DNA from: Eledone cirrhosa
Taxonomy: Eukaryota
Reading direction: 5' to 3'
DNA: 64,000 nucleotides
Assembly (NCBI GenBank): GCA_964016885.1
Contig: OZ024745.1
Span: forward strand, 113,584,001-113,648,000
The notes below the pieces were generated by a model. The model did not search any database. It was not told where the DNA came from and saw only the letters and a list, made by a program, of their open reading frames with translations. Positions 53,091-64,000 of this stretch are shown piece after piece. Numbering within the stretch: the stretch's first letter is position 1; each line of letters begins with the position of its first letter. The position numbers were made by a program, and so were the translations under genes.

Positions 53091-54389
53091 TAATTCGAAG
53101 GTTGCGACAATGAGAAAGGTGTTACTTGTTCTTTATTGAAATACAGAAGTCAAAAACCTTAGAAAATAGAGAACACGTTTTAGATTGTATGTATCGTCGT
53201 TTCTTTCTGTTTATGTCTTTACTAACCGGAAGTTTTTGTGTGTGCGTGCGTGTGAATACGTCTGTGTGCGTGTGTGTGAGTACGTGTGTGTGCGTTTTTT
53301 TCCTTTCTTGAATTTAATATTGTATCTGTTAATTTACTTATATTATTTTATATATTTCTTATTATTACTTAATACATGTGTCTGGCATAAAGAATGCAGG
53401 TATAATTCTATAATTGGTATTGCGTTGTTATGCAATGGGTATTTTGTGTGTAATATAGTTCTTGCATATATACATGCACACACACACACACACATAGACA
53501 CACACACACACACACACACACCTATATATAAGTCAAGGAACGATGCATGGACACACAAACACACCTCTAAAACAGTCAAGGAACGATGCATGCACACACC
53601 TGCACACATGCAGGCTTATGTGTGTGTCATACGCTGTTACTAGCCGGAGGCGGTGTTTTGCGTCAAATTCTGATAAGCAAACGGTTGCCTTGTGCCGGGC
53701 TGCGGCTTGCCGTTAGTGTGCTGTGTGTTTTCATCTTTAATGTGTTGCGTGTTTAGTGTTTTGTTTGTGTTGAGCTCATTTTCCATCGAAATCAATCATA
53801 TTCGTGCCACATAGAATTCTTCAACCGATTACTATTCATTCAGTACAAACATACATAGAAATTACCGATTAATGGGCAAAATATTATTGCCCTTTCTCTT
53901 TATTACCATCAGTAATGCCATAAAGTTTTCGATTTATCTTTTTGAAATATATAACATCTTCCTCTGATAAATTGTTCAATCGATGTTAATAAATGAAATT
54001 CAAATAATAATTGTTGCATATAAAGTAATATTTCTATTAACCATTAATTCTCCCTTAAATTTTTATAGATTTTCATTTCAAAGATTTTTTTCCAATAACA
54101 AACCTAGAAAAGAAGGGAGCCTGTACGTTAAACATCAACGTATAAGATGTTTCTTATAAGTGTTTTCACTTGTTTGTTTTCACTTTCTACTATAATTTTA
54201 GAACGCTTTATTTCAACTACTCTGTTTAGTTGGATGATAATTCTAAATAAGACCTTTCAATCAGATTTCCCTTGCACTTAATACTTTTGTATGCATTTGA
54301 TTTCAGCAATTCGATTTCATCCTTTCATAGTTTTGTGTATAATCCGAACCCTAAAGAGCGAGGAAAATAACTACAAGACTCACGATGGC

Positions 54390-54600
54390 CGAGTGAATAC
54401 GCGCATGTGGTCTTTTTTCTCTTATAACTCTTTACTTTCTATTTATCTTCTGTTTCTAACTCTATTTTCTGATGAAGGACTAGTGTCTGAATCGTTAAGA
54501 CTCTCTTCCTGCTATTTCAAGCGTTAAACTAACATGTTCTGTGCCATTTGTTTTATTATTTTTGTTATTTCTTTTTACCTTTTACACTCAGATACACACA
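54390..54600 (+). mobile_element. Short interspersed element, probable Penelope pLTR derivative
   Basis: Homologous to 11040-11252 (-). Contains CTGATGAAGGACTAGTGTCTGAATCGTTAAG, a degenerate hammerhead-like motif. Confidence 0.6.
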
Positions 54601-54632
<32 letters not shown>

Positions 54633-54757
54633 GCGATGAAATGCCCAGGACGGTTGGAGGGTCACTGATGAAGGACTCACTTTTTCATATGTATCCCATT
54701 TGCAACGCCGCAGCTCCATTATTATCATATTTACATATATATATATATATATATATA

Positions 54758-56064
54758 CAGGCCGTCCATAAAGTCCGTGTGCAATTTTAAATACTTATAC
54801 CTTTTTAACTATACGTGATAGAAACAACCTGTAAAATAAGGGAAAAAGCTTGATGTATTTATTTGTTTTTGTCTTTGGAAATTTATTTTATTATTTTTTA
54901 CCTATTATTTTATTTCTTGAAATTTAAAAATGACTTATTTTTCAGAATACTAGAAAGGAAACAGCGTTCATTGGTTGGCTGGGCTAAAATCTACCGTCGT
55001 TGTCCGAAGAAGGTTTGGAACCCATTACAACAAAAAAGTACCCCACAGGAATTCCATATCCATGTGGATGAAGAAATTTAAAAAAATAGGTTCTGTCAAG
55101 GATAAGGCACGTGCTGGTAAACCACGTGTTTGTGAAGAAAATGTAGCATCTTAAGAACAAGCCTTAGTAGGAAGTGCAAGAAAAACTTCTTTAAAGATTA
55201 GGCTTTCAAATCTACTGTGCATAAGATTCTACGGAAGTAATTTCAAATGAAAGCAAGCAAAATCCCAAAACATCAAATGCTGTTAATAGAGGATTATCAT
55301 TCACGACTAACTTTCTGTCATCAATTCAATGAAAAAAATAAAATCAAACATTAATTTTTGAATAATTTAATGTTCCCCAATGAAGCAACATTCCACATTA
55401 ATGGCAAGTCAACAGGAATAATTTCCGTATTTGGGGTTAACTGAAAATCCAAGTGAATCTGTTCAACATGAAATAGATTCTCCTAAAATTAATGTCTGGT
55501 GTGCTTTGAGAAAAAATTGAATCATAGGACCATAATGTTTTGAAGGGCGTGTTGGTAATGGTGATAGCTATTTAGAAATGCTTCAAAATTACTTTATTCC
55601 TAAGCTTGACCAGTTAGAACTGATAGTGTGTTTCAACAAGATGGTGAACCTTGTTACTTTACCCCACAAGTTAGGCAGTTTCTAAATGAAATATTCCTTA
55701 ACAGATGGATTGGAAGAGGTGGACCATTATCTTGGCCTCCACAATCGCCAGATTTGACTCCACTGGATTTCTTCTTATGGTGAAAAGCAATGTTTACTCA
55801 ACCAAGCCTCGATCTTTAGAGGGCTTTAAAGCTAGGATAATTGATGGGGTTGAAGATAATACTGACAATAAGCTGGAAAATGTTTTCCGAGAATTTCAGC
55901 ATCGTATTACTCTTTGTAATAATAATGGTGGGGGAGATGTTGAAAATTAACATTTCCAATAAAAATGTAAATACTTCTTTCTTATCCACTTAACAGATTA
56001 TTTCTGCCAAGTATAGTTACAAAGCTAAAAATATTTTGAATTGGACGTGGACTTTATGGACACC

Positions 56065-56067
<3 letters not shown>
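54758..56067 (+). mobile_element. Tc1/mariner DNA transposon, DD41D (rosa-type), pseudogenised
   Basis: Imperfect TIRs CAGGCCGTCCATAAAGTCCGTGTGCAATT and (reverse complement) CAGGGTGTCCATAAAGTCCACGTCCAATT, in TA tracts. Transposase remnants: DSPKINVWCAL, FQQDG...RWIGRGGPLSWPPQSPDLTPLDFFL. About 41 residues between the second and third Asp by manual count across a frameshift. Confidence 0.88.
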
Positions 56068-56129
<62 letters not shown>

Positions 56130-56132
<3 letters not shown>

Positions 56133-56330
56133 ACGAGTAGGACCCCGACGGCTAAGCTCAAGCCGTTTCGACGGCTAATTCTGGACTAAAATTAGTCCAG
56201 AATTAGCCGTCTAAACGGCTTGAGCTTAGCCGTCGGGGTCCTACGCGTTCCTATTACCCACTCTACTACCCTAAGTATTGAGTACTTTGGTGCGTTATAG
56301 TCCACCTGGTTCCTTACCACATTTCCTTCG

Positions 56331-56335
<5 letters not shown>
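56130..56335 (+). mobile_element. Another copy of the same pLTR-like unit with a ~60-bp-arm palindrome
   Basis: 56199-56335 is nearly identical to 36200-36335. 56130-56251 is a near-perfect palindrome. Embedded in (TA)n. Confidence 0.75.
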
Positions 56336-56368
<33 letters not shown>

Positions 56369-56491
56369 AAAATTAAGATAAATCAAATGAATTTAATCTA
56401 AATCAAAATTATGGGTGTTATGCCAGAAAGACATGCGCCATATCACCCGCAAAATAAGCTCTAAGATTCTAACGAGTAGGTCCGAGCATTT

Positions 56492-56838
56492 TATAATAAC
56501 TAGAAATTGATTAACATATAAATAAACATGAATAATCGCAGGAGATAATTTTTACAAGAGTTTAAGCACACATAGCTAGGTAGGTAACTAAATAAAGTTA
56601 ACCAGAACTTCAAAAATAGATACCTTATAATATGATTAATCTTCCCTGTATATATTCCATTAAAGAAATATATTTCAAATATATCTACAGGGAAGATTAA
56701 TCATATTATAAGGTATCTATTTTTGAAGTTCTGGTCAACTTTATTTAGTTACCTGCCTAGATATGTGTGGTTACACACTTGTAAAAATTATCTCCTTTGA
56801 TTATTCATGTTTATTTATGTTAATCAATTTCTAGTTAT

Positions 56839-56842
<4 letters not shown>
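56492..56842. repeat. Long foldback palindrome (~165-bp arms, ~25-nt loop)
   Basis: TATAATAACTAGAAATTGATTAAC...CTTCCCTGTA pairs with TACAGGGAAG...GTTAATCAATTTCTAGTTATTATA, with scattered mismatches. Confidence 0.93.
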
Positions 56843-56870
<28 letters not shown>

Positions 56871-57131
56871 CCAGGGCTGGCGAAACTGGAGTGTGGAGGC
56901 AGAGAGGCCATACATCCCCCAATATTTATATTTTTCTCCCCAAACTACGAAAACACACAACTATTTGTATGTGTGCTACAATTTATGTACATGTTATGTA
57001 GAGATAGATGGGAGAGATAGATATAAATTTCTATTTATTTGCCACCAGGGCATCAAAGTTTGGGACAAATACAAAGGGGGGAGTTTACATACATTTAAAA
57101 AGACGTGTAAAAAACATATAACAAATTAAAT

Positions 57132-60100
57132 TTAACAATCGGTGTCCTCAATAGGGAGGGGCGTTGACATGGGTCGCACACACCCCCGAAAAAATGTGCA
57201 ACCCTCCTCTTCAGGAGCACAAAGAGCGGGTGCTTCCTTCCTCTTCTCATTCTTCTCCTCTCTCACCAACAGGCTGATATAGAGAGAAGGCCCATTCACT
57301 CGGGCCATTCTCGCTACTTTCACCCACCTTTCATAAAACTTGCTGGGGTAGAGCACCTCTCTCTCCATTCTGATCCTTCTTCTAAAGTGGTACTTGAAAA
57401 AAAAGACCAGTTGTTGGCCGGAGAGATAGGTGTCTGACCTCAGCCCTTTCAACCTTGTCCACCACACAACTTCTTTCGCCATGGCTATCACACAGAGGAA
57501 AACCGCCTCTCCTTCGTTTTTGAAAGGGGGAGGCGGTTTGATCGTGACAATGTTCTCGGTGGTCAACCGGATTTGTCCCACCCGCGACAGTAGTCGTTCT
57601 ACATAGCCCCACAAGTCAGCAACGCCCGGGCTGTGTACGAATGCGTGTGCGACGGTTTCCTCGTCACGCACGCATCTTGGACAGATCTTCTTCGAGGGGT
57701 CCCTACCCGGCGCCCGTGTCTATAGAGCTTGTCCCGAACGGGTAGAGCTCCTCGGTAACATTGCCAAACCAGGGACTTTTGGAAGTTGTCCATCGGTCAA
57801 ACGTCCTACCGAAGACTGGCCAGCTCATCATCCTCCATGCCCAGAGCCTCTCCGAGAGCGTAGTCGCACTTACTGCGCACCAACCCTCTATAGGATGTTG
57901 AGGTTGAGTCTCCACTGATTGCCGGATCCGCTTGCCAGAGGGCCGTGAGCGCCTGGGCACATTGAATGTGCCAGTTGCCCACTTTTCTCGGTCTTTGCTT
58001 GACCCAGGATTGCAGCTCGGTGAGTGAGAGGAGTCTCGGAAAGGCTCGCCTCACAAACAGGGCCCACACCGGCTGACCGGTGAGGAATATCTGGAGGTGC
58101 CGTAGCCTTAATGCGTGTCTACGCATCGTCAGCCACGGCATCCCCAGCCCTCCGTTCGAAGAGTATTGACAGCAGATGGATCTTCTCACCAAAGGAGCCC
58201 GCTTCTTCCAAAGAAATCGGAAGAGCGCGCGCTCCATTTTGGCGAGTGTCTTCTCTGGGCAAGGCACGACGGTCAAGCGGTAGTAGATGACGGACGCTAT
58301 ATAAGCGTTCGCCACCTCCGCTCGACCTTTCAGGGATAGTTTGCACTCGGCCCACTTCTGGGCAATTGCAAACACCTTGCCCGTTACCTCGTCCCAGTTT
58401 TTCTCCACCTGGAGGTCCGGTCCGAACCAGACCCCGAGCAGCTTCACCAGTCCCTCCGTCCAGCGTCCGAGGATGCCGTCGGAGGGCATCGGTTTGCCCC
58501 TCCACGTCCCGAGTTGCAAACCGACGGACTTGTCCCGATTCAGCTTGGCTCCTGTGAACCTTTCATATTCCTCCAGTAAGGTACCGATCTCCCCGATTTC
58601 CGAGGCGCACGACACCGTTACTGTCACGTCATCGGCGTAGGCCGACACCGCTTTCCGCAATCCCGTTTCCAAGGGGATGCCCTGCAACAGCTCCAACTTC
58701 CGCAATAGTGGCTCGAGAGCCAGCACATACAGGAGGGAGGAGAGAGGGCATCCCTGACGGATGGATCGCGTGATTTGGAACGGCTCCGAGAGGTAGCCGT
58801 TCACCTTGACCCTCGAGCAGGTGTTGCTGCTGTGCATTGCAGCAATCCAGCCCCTGAAAACGGGTCCGAAGCCTGCGCCGCGAGCACCGCATCCAGGTAC
58901 CGATGGTCAACCCTATCAAACGCCTTAGATTGATCCAAGTTGATCAGGGCCCCACCAAAGCCGGGTTCATTCCCTACCCTTTCTACGATGTATCGCGTGA
59001 GGTGGAGGTTATCGTGTATGGACCTGGACGGGATTGCGCATGTCTGCGCTTCTCCCACCAGGTTCCCGACGACACGCGCCAACCTCTTCGCTAACACCTT
59101 GGCTAAAATCTTTAACTCTGTGTTTAGCAGAGTTATGGGCCTGAAGTTATCTATGTCAGCCCCCTTGTTCTCGTCCTTCCTCACCAGCGTGACTACGCCC
59201 TTGGTCACAGAACTGGGAATTCTCCCGTTCTGTTGCCAGTTGCAGTAGACCGCCTCGAGGAGACCGGAGAACAAGCCCGGCATCGCTACATAAAGTTCGT
59301 ATGGCAGACCATCGAGACTCGGAGATTTGCGTTTGCCGCATTGGCTCAGCGCTTCCCCTATTTCAGCGGCTGAAATCGGCCTCTCGCAAGACTTCGCCTC
59401 CCCGTCCGAGAGCCGCGGCAGACCGTCGAGGTATGGACCGAAATCCATGGCCCCACCCGGCCCGCCGCCCCTCCCGAACAGTCGTGCAAAGCGCCGTTGA
59501 AAGGCCGCGCTCATCCGCTCAGGTTCAAGGATCACGCGTCCATCCTGGTCCTTCAAAGACCGAATCGTGGACTTATTTCCACATTTTGCCTCTGTGACTC
59601 GGGCCCAGCTAACAGCTTTGGCTCCCTCGTTACCCAGAGCACGTATTTTACTCCTGACAACGCAGCCCTCGTGCTTCGCATCAAAGAACTGGTCTAGGGC
59701 CGTTCTTAACGCCAGCACGCCAGCCACGTTGCCCCTCCTAATCGCCTCTTCTACACTATTTATTAACTCCCTTTCAGTTCTATTCCTATCTGATGCTAAT
59801 TCCCGACTAAAACCTATCGATTCTATTCTAATTTCTCTCTTGAGAGAGCTCCACCACCTGCTGTTGACAATTGCCCCCGTCAAACTCTGCTTAACTAGTG
59901 TGCTAATCCGCTTACTGTAAGCTTTGTTTGTCGGTAAAGACAAGTTTAGCTTCCAGTAACCGGGTCCCTGTCTATGAGTTCTATCAAGGTTGACCACTCC
60001 GGTCACCAACTTGTGATCCGAATAGTCAACCTTGAACATTCGTGGACAGCTTAATATGTCCCTATCCTTATTTCTAACTAGGAACCTATCTAGGTACGAC

Positions 60101-60699
60101 CTAGATGTTCCGCTGAGATTAGTCCACGTCCACAGTGGCACAGTCAGAAAATCTAGTCGATATCTATCGGCCAGATCAAATCGGCCGATTAATCGTTTGA
60201 GGCTGTTACACCCCCCTCTATCGGGACATGCCCCTACATAGTCCCAACGTGCATCCAGAATACCATTCCAGTCCCCCACTAAAAGCAAGGAACGAGATGT
60301 TCCCAAGAAATTCTCCAGGCGTCGGAAGTAGTCCGGTCGCGGTGTCCCAGATGGGGCATACGCTGCCACCAGCCTGAAAGCTCCACCTTCACCACTGCCG
60401 ACGTCTAAAACCACCAGTCGACCCTCCGGGTCCAGGTGTACCTTCTGTGTGGCAAGACCCAGGTATTTTCGCAGCAGAACGACAACCCCACCCCTCGGCT
60501 GACAGAGAGATGCGTAGATCTCAAAGTCGTCGAAGATGGGGGCCAGTTGGCGCTCGCTGCTGATCCTGGACTCGCAAATAACCATTACAACCACTCTGTG
60601 CGACCTGAGGTCATTTAAGAGTTTGCCCTGTTTCCAGGACATCCCCAGGCCGCGTGCAATCACACATCCAACTCTTATATTGGCTATGTTGGTGCTCAA
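57132..60699 (-). pseudogene. Tx1-like ORF2 (APE-RT), frameshifted
   Basis: ORF pieces 60699-58801, 58837-57806, 57793-57599 and 57671-57132 are colinear with ORF2 of the 43-46 kb element. Confidence 0.92.
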
Positions 60700-60728
60700 G
60701 AGTTAAAAGGAAGAGGAAAGGAAATTAC

Positions 60729-62522
60729 TTACCTCTTCGTCTCCTGGGGACCAGGCTGCACAATTTCCATGGGGGTGTTGGAAGGGTTGTTTGGTGGGGT
60801 GGTGGTTTGTGGTGGGGTGGGGACATCAGTGTGTGGTGGGATTAGGGTGTTTGGTGGAGTGTGGGTGCCTGGTGTGGGGGTGGGGAAACATCTCAATAGG
60901 ACGCTGTTAAGTGGTTTGGTGCAGGTGGTCCCCACATGCATTGGATGGTTCTTTTTCAAAGTTACATAGGTTTCCGTTGGGACCCTAATCATCATTAGGT
61001 GCGGTTTGTTCGTTGCGTAGGTGAAAGTGATCCCTTCGGTTTTCACCGAAGGGTTATTTTATATTGCTTTCATCAAAGTTTTATTGTTCTTGTTAATGTA
61101 TGTATAGAGTTTTTGTTGTGTTGTGTTTGTTTTTGTTTGTTGTTCTTGTGCGTGTTTGCGTTTTGTAGTATGTGTTATGTTTTGGGGAGGGGTGGGTTTT
61201 TTTGTTTGTGATGTTTGTTCTGTTTGTGCTGGTGGTTGTCTGTTTGTAGCATTTTTGTTAATGTGGTGCCTTTTTTTTTCCTTTTCACGTGTTGAAAGGG
61301 TTCTCTTCCGTGTTGTTGAGGAGGGGTATATTTTGGGGTTTTGTTGTGGTTTCTTTTGTATTTGTTTTAGGTGGGGAGGGTTGGGTGGAACAGTGTTTTG
61401 TGTTGTTATTTTTGCGTGTTGTTGTGGTTGTTGTTGTTGTTGTTGTGGTGGTGGTGGTGGTAGTGGTGGTGGTGGTGATGGTTGTGTTGTTGTGTTCGGG
61501 GTTGACAGAAGAGCCTTTTTTTTTTTACGCGTTAATTGAGGACAGGCAGCCCTCAGGTGACCCCTGCTTAAGCAGTGGTAACATGACGGCCGCATTCCCT
61601 CCACTGAAATGTTTATATAAGTTAGCCCGTCCAGAGGCACGCGTTGTGGGATATTCGCTATTCGTTCTGGGCTCATTTGCACCAGAACTTCTACGCTGGT
61701 CCCACCAAATACACCTCCGGGGGACTTTCCTATTGAAATTATCCTGTCTTCATCAAAGTCAGTGATTCCACATAGTATCCACCAAATATTTACATTTGGT
61801 GTGATACTCATGATTTTTATTCTTTGCGTCCTTTTTCCCCTGTATGTGGGGAAAAAAGTGAAGCGGGGTGACACAATGGGTGATACCGAGTATTTTTGTG
61901 CTGTTGACTGGTTATTCATTAGCACCGAAATGCTACCAAACAGTTTTCCTTTTTGTATGAAGGTTATGTCCTTCATTGCATCTTTTAGAACCAGGACAAT
62001 TTCATTTTGTGATAATTGAGCTGGTTTTCTTGTTTCGTTCGATATTGTCCTGAAAACCACAGTTTTCAGGACAGCCTCTCTACATAATTCCTGTGGAGAT
62101 TTGTTGCTAAAAGCACCGTTTTCGCCAAAAGTCACGAATTGTTTTGCGTCTTGTAGTAGTTGTTTAGCTTTTGTTATGTCAATTGGCGTGTATAGTTCGG
62201 TTTTTTTTTACAGTCTGTGCGAACGTTGTTTTGGTGTTGTTGTCTTTTTTGTTGCTGTTGTTGTTGTCACTGTTGGTAATATTGTTCATGTTTTCCTTGC
62301 TGTTGCTATTGTTGCAGTTGTTGGTTGTGGTGTTATTGTCATTGTTCTTGTTGTTGGTGCTGGGATTATTTACCGGGTTTGGTTTCGTGGTTTCAATATT
62401 TTCAACGTTTTTCGATAATGCGAGGGGGGAAGGCTGCAAGCTTTGTACTCCTACCTTCCCTCCACCATTTTCTTAGTGAACGTGGCACTCACGACAGTGT
62501 GCGAGGTTGAAATGGCATCCAT
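60729..62522 (-). pseudogene. Tx1-like ORF1 (gag-like, zinc knuckle), interrupted
   Basis: Candidate ATG at 62522. N/T-rich N-terminus, core 62135-61059 with CX2CX4HX4C, P/Q/K/T-rich tail. Confidence 0.75.
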
Positions 62523-62727
62523 TGCTGACTACCAAGTCTACACATTTTGAGATGAAAATTAAAATTTCGCGCCAGAAAGGGGCCAAAATTAGTTGACTCA
62601 ACGTCTGAAGGCCCAGGCAAGGGGTTAAACTAAACAATGCTATTAAATTGAGAAATGAACTCACAGTTCTTTTTACAATAATCCGTAAAAATCCGGAGCG
62701 AAGTAATTCACGTCTATATCAAGTGGT

Positions 62728-63030
62728 AATTGATATAGAGAAAAGATTGGAAAAGAGTTCCGTATAGTAGATATAGAGAGGGGGAGAGTTTAGTATTAAT
62801 TGATATAGAGAAGGGTATTAGAAGAGAGTTCCGTGTAGTAGATATAGAGAGGGGGAGAGTTTGGTAGAGGTTTATGGCGAGTGAGAGAGTGCATTAATCT
62901 TAGATTTAGAGAGTGGGATAAGAGAGGTGGTGTCGTGGTAGATATAGAGAGGGGTAGAGTTTGGTTTTAGTAGATACAGAGAGGGGGATTAAAAGAGAGT
63001 TTTGTGTGATAGATATAGAAAGGAAGAGAA
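62728..63030 (+). repeat. Degenerate purine-rich tandem repeat (GATATAGAGAGGGGGAGAGTTT core, ~70-bp higher-order duplication)
   Basis: The GATATAGAGA motif recurs from 62732 to ~63020, next to the Tx1 5' end. Confidence 0.75.
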
Positions 63031-64000
63031 TTCTGTGGCACTCTCGGTCCCAAATAATAGGAGGGGTGGCAATAATGTGTGGGTCTTGGGAAATCAGTAA
63101 TTGTATAGTGTACGTTTGGAAATATGGGATTTCTTGAAATGTTCTTCTTTTGTTATATAATGTTTTTTTAATGTAAAATAAAATTATTATTCGATTCTCC
63201 AGCTGCTGTGTCAATATGAATCAATTACAATAAAATTTCGCCGGAGATAGATAGGCAAGATTTAATAAGCAGGTGAGAGTGGGGTTTAATAAAAACCCGG
63301 GGGAGTTTGACAAATTAATAAGCGTGGGTTGGAGACGATTATTCAAGACCTTGAGTGCTTGAATTATTGACGGACGTAAGAATGAAAACTCAATACCGAT
63401 GTAGAGTTTAAATATTCATTTATTATGGCTAAGCCTTGTTACTCTGGTGACTCACTTACATACTCACCAGACAAGACTCATGACCCTGTGAATTTGATGC
63501 TTGATGTTGAATTGAGAATATTACTAGAAGACTCCAGATCCCTTACGAATTCTACTATCAGGCACTGTGCTTTCCAATCGAAATCATTTGCAGCTAATAT
63601 ATTCAGACAACTGATGATATATCTAATTGAAGCAACAATACTGACAGACTGCTTGTGTTTATTCCTAATCGAATTATCCTCAATAATATTCCATTTCACA
63701 TTGAAAAGTTGCGGTTCCCTGTGAATTCTAGTTTGCCGTGTCCATCAACGAAACCTAGGGGTCAACTTTAAAGGTAGCTGGATTATAAATGGAGTTTCCT
63801 GCATTTCCCATGGTTAATTCTATAAAGTTTCGTCATGGCTTGAAGCACAAAATGACTTGTTTATGTATACTACCAAATGGAAATTAGGAAGAAATGTTTG
63901 TAATAAAACCTTGCATTAATTCATTATCACATTAATGCCCTGATAAATGTATTCATACATTAGCTTACACGTTCAAAATTTAGCTTCAATAATGGTGAAA

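Larger units (their letters stand above)
57025..62732 (-). mobile_element. Near full-length Tx1-like (L1 group) non-LTR retrotransposon
   Basis: ORF1 with CCHC knuckle CYHCLSRGHLRAACP. ORF2 with APE (VGDWN, SYLDRF, SDHKLV), GPGYWKLN linker, RT (LDQSKAFD, RQGCPLS, AYADD) and C-terminal Cys/His region. A few frameshifts. 3' end CCCTGGTGGCAAATAAATAGAAA. Confidence 0.95.

Overview
Eukaryotic, very AT-rich, microsatellite-dense genomic DNA, most likely a cephalopod (octopus-like). That assignment is inferred from the repeat landscape, not proven. The only recognisable host gene is the 3' part of an ABHD8-like alpha/beta hydrolase on the + strand, with exons 12986-13193 and 14140-18864. Its last exon continues past the hydrolase fold for about 1,540 residues of low-complexity protein carrying nine 'L-S/N-x-W-A-E-[KR]-H'-type motifs and a 138-bp coding tandem repeat. 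The rest is mostly mobile DNA: Tx1-like LINEs (one near full length at 57025-62732), R4/Dong-like RLE LINEs, RTE fragments with triple C2H2 fingers, Penelope-like elements, a DD41D Tc1/mariner, Helitron-like ends and at least three tRNA-derived SINE types. The most notable patterns are the giant repeat-bearing ABHD8 tail, hammerhead-ribozyme-like motifs in short islands inside (TA)n tracts, a shared 3' end between the dominant SINE and the Tx1 LINEs, partitioning of microsatellite targets among retroelement families, and recurrent foldback duplications centred on (TA)n. All calls were made by eye, with no searches run.
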